NCBI GenBank assembly: GCA_020351775.1
Contig: CP070666.1
Location: 3,418,658-3,482,657, forward strand
From: Gemmatimonadota bacterium
GTDB taxonomy: Bacteria; Gemmatimonadota; Gemmatimonadetes; Gemmatimonadales; GWC2-71-9
DNA: 64,000 nt
Direction: 5' to 3'
A model generated the notes under the pieces. That model searched no databases, was not told where the DNA came from, and worked only from the letters and a program-made list of their open reading frames with translations. This document shows, in pieces, positions 58,370-64,000 of the stretch. The position numbers were made by a program, and so were the translations under genes. Position 1 is the stretch's first letter, and every line of letters starts with the position of its first letter.

Positions 58370-59428
58370 TCAACTCCGCCCTGCGCACAATCGGCGCGCA
58401 GCAGCCAGCACCAGCGATTGCACTTCCGCCATGTCGCCAGCAAGTGAAGCTCCTGCTGCCTTCCGGTGTCCGCCGCCGCCAAAGCGCTCTGCGAGACTGG
58501 CGGAGTCGACAGAGCCCATGGAGCGGAAGGAAACCTTGACTCTCCCGTTCGCCAACGGGCGAAACAGCAGTGCCAGCCTCACATCACGCAAGGAGCGAGG
58601 ATATTCCACCACTCCCTCCAAATCGTCAGGCTGCAGACCGTGCCTCTCTAGTGCTCCAGGAGGCACGGTCACCCAAGCCAATCCGTACTGCGGCTCGACC
58701 ACGAGAGTGTCCAGCACTTCGGCAATCAGCCGAATCCGTCCCTCGGACTCACTGGCATACACATGACGGTAGGCTTCTTCGGGATCAAGGCCGTGAGCCA
58801 GCAGGTGGGCGGCCACCTGCAACGCACGCGGAGTCGTATTGCTGAAGCGGAAGCCCCCGGTGTCCGTCATGATCGCCACGTATAGCGCGCGAGCAGCCTC
58901 CTGTGTGATGGTCCAGCCGGCGGTCTGAGCAAGATCGTATATCAGCTCCCCTGTCGCACACGCTGCCGGATCCACCAGCCGTGGACCGCCGGGAAGCACT
59001 CCCTCACTAGCGTGATGGTCGATGCAGGCAACAGGGGCAGTAACCTGTTCTATGATCCTCCCGAGGTGACCCAACCGACCCAGATCAGATATATCGGTGA
59101 CGATAATCGCGTCGGCTCGCTGCAGGTGCTTGACTGCCTCAGCCGACTTGTCCGCCCGCTCAGCTCCCTTCAGCAGGAAGCGGTAACGTTCGGGGAATGG
59201 AGTCGGGTTGGTAATTGCAGCTCGCACAGACCGATCCATGAGGAGATGCCACAGCGCTACTACTGACCCACATCCGTCACCATCGGCGTTCACGTGTGTG
59301 GTGAGCGCCACGCGCATGCCTGGTCTGAGCATCTCGACCAGCGACTCGGCGGCATGGCGCCGGAATGCGGGAACCCGCACCCCGCGTCCCGGGGCGGCGC
59401 TCTGTCTTCGTGGAGCCATGGACCGCAA
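58370..59428 (-). CDS. nrnA: DHH/DHHA1 phosphoesterase (NrnA-like oligoribonuclease/pAp phosphatase)
   Basis: HVNADGDGCGS, DHH (CIDHHAS), and DHHA1 GGGGHRKAAG. Confidence 0.85.
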   Translation of the reverse strand: MRSMAPRRQSAAPGRGVRVPAFRRHAAESLVEMLRPGMRVALTTHVNADGDGCGSVVALWHLLMDRSVRAAITNPTPFPERYRFLLKGAERADKSAEAVKHLQRADAIIVTDISDLGRLGHLGRIIEQVTAPVACIDHHASEGVLPGGPRLVDPAACATGELIYDLAQTAGWTITQEAARALYVAIMTDTGGFRFSNTTPRALQVAAHLLAHGLDPEEAYRHVYASESEGRIRLIAEVLDTLVVEPQYGLAWVTVPPGALERHGLQPDDLEGVVEYPRSLRDVRLALLFRPLANGRVKVSFRSMGSVDSASLAERFGGGGHRKAAGASLAGDMAEVQSLVLAAARRLCAGRS

Positions 59429-59469
59429 CTTAACCTGGCGGCGAGAGATCGCGAAACTCGACCAGGCTG

Positions 59470-60873
59470 CTAGGTGTCCGCCCGTGTGTCTGAGAAATAC
59501 TCCTTGCTCAGCTTGGCAACCGTCCCACCCAAGAACGCCAGGCCAATCAGATTCGGGAACGCCATGAACCCGTTCAACAGCGTGCCCATGGCCCAGGCGA
59601 GCGGTACCGAGACGATGGCGCCAACCATTATAAGCGCGACGAACACGACCCTATACGGCATGATCATCCCCGATCCGAACAGGAACTCGAAGCACTTCTC
59701 CCCGTAGTAGCACCAAGCGATCAACGTCGAGAAGCCAAACAGGAAGCTGGACAGCGCAACGATGATCGACGCAAATGGGATCGTAGTGCTCATGGCTGCT
59801 GCGGTGAGATCGCCGCTGGCATCCTGGAATCCCGCCTCGGTCCACAGCCCCGACGACAGGATGACAAACGCCGTCATCGAGCAAACGAGAATGGTATCCA
59901 CGAACACCTCGAACACACCCACGGTACCCTGTTCACTTGGATGCTTGACGTCTGCAATGCCGTGTGCGATCGGTGCCGAGCCCAAGCCGGCTTCGTTTGA
60001 GAGGACACCGCGGCTCACTCCGGCGGCAATGGCCTGCGCGACTGCAGCACCTATGAAGCCACCCACCGCGGCCGATGGCGTGAATGCGTGTTCGAAGATC
60101 ATCGCGAACACCCGCGGTACGTCCTGCGCATTGATCAGCATGTATGTGAGCGCTGCGCCGATGTACACCACGATCATCGTCGGCACCAGCTTCTCCGCCG
60201 TCGCCGCAATGCGCCTGATGCCGCCCAGCAAGACCAATCCGACAGCAACGGTGATCAGCGCACCCGGCACCCATAGCGGCACCTCTATGCCGGCGCTCGA
60301 GCGCACAGCTTCCACGAATGTGCGGGCTATGGTGTTGGATTGTGCCATATTGCCCGTGCCGAACAGCGCCGTTGCCGCACCGAAGAACGCAAACATGATA
60401 GCCAGAATGCTACCCAATCGTCTGAAGGGCACACCGTTCGATATGTAGTACATCGGGCCGCTCGCTAGCTCACCGCTCTCCCGTGTCACGCGGAAGTGCA
60501 CGCCCAACACCGCCTCAGAGTACTTGGTGGCCATCCCGACCGTCGCGGTGACCCACATCCAGAAGATCGCACCGGGGCCGCCTACCAGAATCGCGGTGGC
60601 CACTCCTCCGATGTTACCATTGCCCACTGTGGCCGCCAGCGCCGTGGACAGTGCCTGGAATGGTGTGATGGTACCTTCTGTACCCTTGCTCTTGGCAAAC
60701 GCCCCCCCCAACACAGTCTTCACGGCGTACGGGAAGCGGAGGAACTGTACGAATCCGCTCCTCACGGTTAGCCATCCGCCGACAACGATCAGCACGATCG
60801 GCATTGCGAATGGCTGCCACACGAAATCGTTGACCGCCAGGATCTTGTCGGGGAGGTTGCCAAAGAAGTCCAT
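59470..60873 (-). CDS. alanine/glycine:cation symporter (AGCS family)
   Basis: 467 aa, ~11 TM. Motifs ITPFQALSTALAATVGNGNIGGVATAI..GGPGAIFWMW and SNEAGLGSAPIAH. Confidence 0.9.
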   Translation of the reverse strand: MDFFGNLPDKILAVNDFVWQPFAMPIVLIVVGGWLTVRSGFVQFLRFPYAVKTVLGGAFAKSKGTEGTITPFQALSTALAATVGNGNIGGVATAILVGGPGAIFWMWVTATVGMATKYSEAVLGVHFRVTRESGELASGPMYYISNGVPFRRLGSILAIMFAFFGAATALFGTGNMAQSNTIARTFVEAVRSSAGIEVPLWVPGALITVAVGLVLLGGIRRIAATAEKLVPTMIVVYIGAALTYMLINAQDVPRVFAMIFEHAFTPSAAVGGFIGAAVAQAIAAGVSRGVLSNEAGLGSAPIAHGIADVKHPSEQGTVGVFEVFVDTILVCSMTAFVILSSGLWTEAGFQDASGDLTAAAMSTTIPFASIIVALSSFLFGFSTLIAWCYYGEKCFEFLFGSGMIMPYRVVFVALIMVGAIVSVPLAWAMGTLLNGFMAFPNLIGLAFLGGTVAKLSKEYFSDTRADT

Positions 60874-61076
60874 GCAGATCTCCTTATGTCCTTATGATCG
60901 ATGTGTCAGCCACCCGTGGCGGCCACCATCACCTTAGTCCATGATTCTGTGGTGAACGGGAAAGCTCGGGGCAACTCGATTTGGGATTGCTCAAGTCTGC
61001 GTCGAGGTGATCCCCCTGCCGGTAACCACGGTCCAGACACTCCCATGTCGCGACCGGGGCAGGGCAGCACAGCACA

Positions 61077-61104
61077 AGACTAGGTGCAAACCACGCAGTG
61101 TCAA
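61077..61104 (-). promoter_or_regulatory. candidate sigma-70-type promoter for the AGCS symporter
   Basis: The minus strand reads TTGACA (61104-61099), a 16-nt spacer, then TAGTCT (61082-61077). This would leave a ~195-nt leader before the ATG at 60873. Confidence 0.3.
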
Positions 61105-61163
61105 GCAGGGATACTGTGAGCGGGCTGCGATGCGTTGCACACATCTGCGTGCCATGACCTCAC

Positions 61164-62684
<1,521 letters not shown>

Positions 62685-62743
62685 CTAGTCTGGTGTTCCA
62701 TAGCAGAAGGTAGCTGGGTTGCCACCACGCGGTCAAGGCGACA

Positions 62744-63268
62744 TCACTTCTCCTCCTCAGCAGATACGAATCCGTTGCCCTGGGCAGCTCCACTCGTGTC
62801 CTGTGCCGAATGTGGAGCGTCATCAGCGGCGCTGGGTTCGGCCTCAGCCTGGGTTACCGTCCCGTTGTTTCGTGCGGCCTCGTGCTCGGGCTGTTGCGCT
62901 TGCTCGCTTTCCTTCCGGCCATCCTCCTCCGGCCGATCCCGTTTTACCTGATCGGAGGTGTCGAGCCGCTGGAGTTCTTCGACGACGACGCGTCCCGCAT
63001 CAGCCACGCCTCGCACCACGTTGGAAGCCGCGTCCAATACCTGGGCAGTACCCTTTATTGCCGCACCACCGATACGGCTGGCTCGCAGCGTGCCCTCGAC
63101 GTTGTCTGCCAAACGCTCCAACGGACTTCTGTCACGGGTGCTGCGATTGTACTTCGACTCTAGGAATTCGATGTAGTCCAACAGTTGTCGCGCTGTGTCG
63201 TCCGGCAGACCGTCCAGCCGCTGAGTTATCGTCGCCTTGATCTTCTCGTCCATGTCAGGAAGTCTCAC
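62744..63268 (-). CDS. hypothetical protein with a DUF2281-like N-terminal helix and a long acidic disordered tail
   Basis: LPDDTARQLLDYIEFLESKY at the N-terminus. The C-terminal ~70 aa are E/D/Q/A-rich. 4-nt overlap with the upstream gene. Confidence 0.5.
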   Translation of the reverse strand: MRLPDMDEKIKATITQRLDGLPDDTARQLLDYIEFLESKYNRSTRDRSPLERLADNVEGTLRASRIGGAAIKGTAQVLDAASNVVRGVADAGRVVVEELQRLDTSDQVKRDRPEEDGRKESEQAQQPEHEAARNNGTVTQAEAEPSAADDAPHSAQDTSGAAQGNGFVSAEEEK

Positions 63269-63993
63269 TGCTGACGGACAGCAATGTCCACCAGCTCAAG
63301 TATCGGGTTGCCAAGGTAGCGAGATCGAGCAACTCGCACGCGCCCAATGACAACAACCTGTGTCAGCGGGCTAAGGCGCTCCACCTCAGGTAGCTGCTCC
63401 TGGGAGAGAACCACGTACACGAAGCCAGCCTCAGGTAGAGGACCTCGAGCCAGCATATAGCTGCGGCCCTGCGGTATCTCAATGCGCAACTCGTCCGCCT
63501 GCTGTGTAGCGAGGTATTGCAGTGTCCACTGCAACAGCTTGCCTTCATACTCCGCCGGTCGGCCCCGTACTTCGGCTCCCGTCACCCCTTCCAACACACC
63601 GTCCGCCGGCGGCTTGAGATCGGATTCGCGCACCCAGCCCTCGGTTTGGATTCGCACCCATTCGCCCGATCGTGCCAGCACCTTCACCGGAGTCTCGCCC
63701 TGCAGAGTGGCAGTTTCGCTGCCACGTGGCACATTGAGCAGGGGAGCCTGGTGAGCCAACACAGCACGGTCGAGCGTGACAGTCGAGTCACCTACGGTAC
63801 GCTCCGGTCGAGCACCAGCGTCGGAGGATTGAGATCGAGCCGGCTCGAGTGAGGCTGCCCACATGAACCCTTCTCGCCGCACTCTGATCCACGAGCCACT
63901 GCGGCTCAACTCGTCCAAGTAAGTACCCTCTGCGAGTCGCGCCAGTATGGTGCCATTCGGCGCATCCCGGAGATTCTCCCCCCCGTCTGCCAT
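63265..63993 (-). CDS. SH3b-repeat protein, probably 5'-partial at the window edge
   Basis: Two SH3-like segments (GTYLDELSRSGSWIRVRREGFMW and ETPVKVLARSGEWVRIQTEGWVRESDL). No stop lies upstream of the tracked ATG before the window ends, and there is no signal peptide. Confidence 0.55.
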   Translation of the reverse strand: MADGGENLRDAPNGTILARLAEGTYLDELSRSGSWIRVRREGFMWAASLEPARSQSSDAGARPERTVGDSTVTLDRAVLAHQAPLLNVPRGSETATLQGETPVKVLARSGEWVRIQTEGWVRESDLKPPADGVLEGVTGAEVRGRPAEYEGKLLQWTLQYLATQQADELRIEIPQGRSYMLARGPLPEAGFVYVVLSQEQLPEVERLSPLTQVVVIGRVRVARSRYLGNPILELVDIAVRQQ

Positions 63994-64000
63994 GACGCGG

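Overview
This is a GC-rich bacterial chromosomal segment with strong third-codon-position GC bias and many long shadow ORFs on the antisense strand. About 60 genes are tightly packed and often joined by 4-nt ATGA/GTGA start-stop overlaps. The content is mostly core housekeeping and envelope or peptide metabolism. Housekeeping genes include feoB/feoA, pcm, tig-clpP-clpX-engB downstream of a tRNA-Leu(TAG), trpE, maf-dtd, glmM, purD, mutM, guaB, mrp/apbC and nrnA. There is a lutABC plus lactate permease cluster, and several secreted peptidases (S9, S46, M14, M48, amidohydrolase). Signalling genes include a Ser/Thr kinase, an FHA-GAF-adenylate cyclase, a REC-HD-GYP protein and an ECF sigma module. 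The peptidase and kinase repertoire looks Gemmatimonadota-like or Acidobacteria-like, but that is only an inference. I found no CRISPR array, transposase, integrase, prophage or recognisable defence system. The most unusual signal is a set of gene remnants in otherwise intact operons. (1) glmS is reduced to its first ~35 codons joined out of frame to its last ~125 codons, with an in-frame TAG. (2) The quinone late-step cluster (ubiE-ubiD-ubiA-ubiX) has a frameshifted ubiD fused to the C-terminus of ubiA. (3) In the same cluster, the ubiX N-terminus is fused to the C-terminus of a metallophosphoesterase. (4) A Ser/Thr kinase survives only as an 80-codon stub that runs into a terminator hairpin. 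The second item of note is an orphan GspE/PilB-type secretion ATPase carrying a C-terminal receiver domain. Weaker candidates are a long structured leader upstream of an alanine/glycine:cation symporter (possible glycine riboswitch), a small zinc-ribbon ORF upstream of the kinase, and a four-gene ECF sigma envelope module. All functional calls rest on motif and family recognition by eye; no database search was run.
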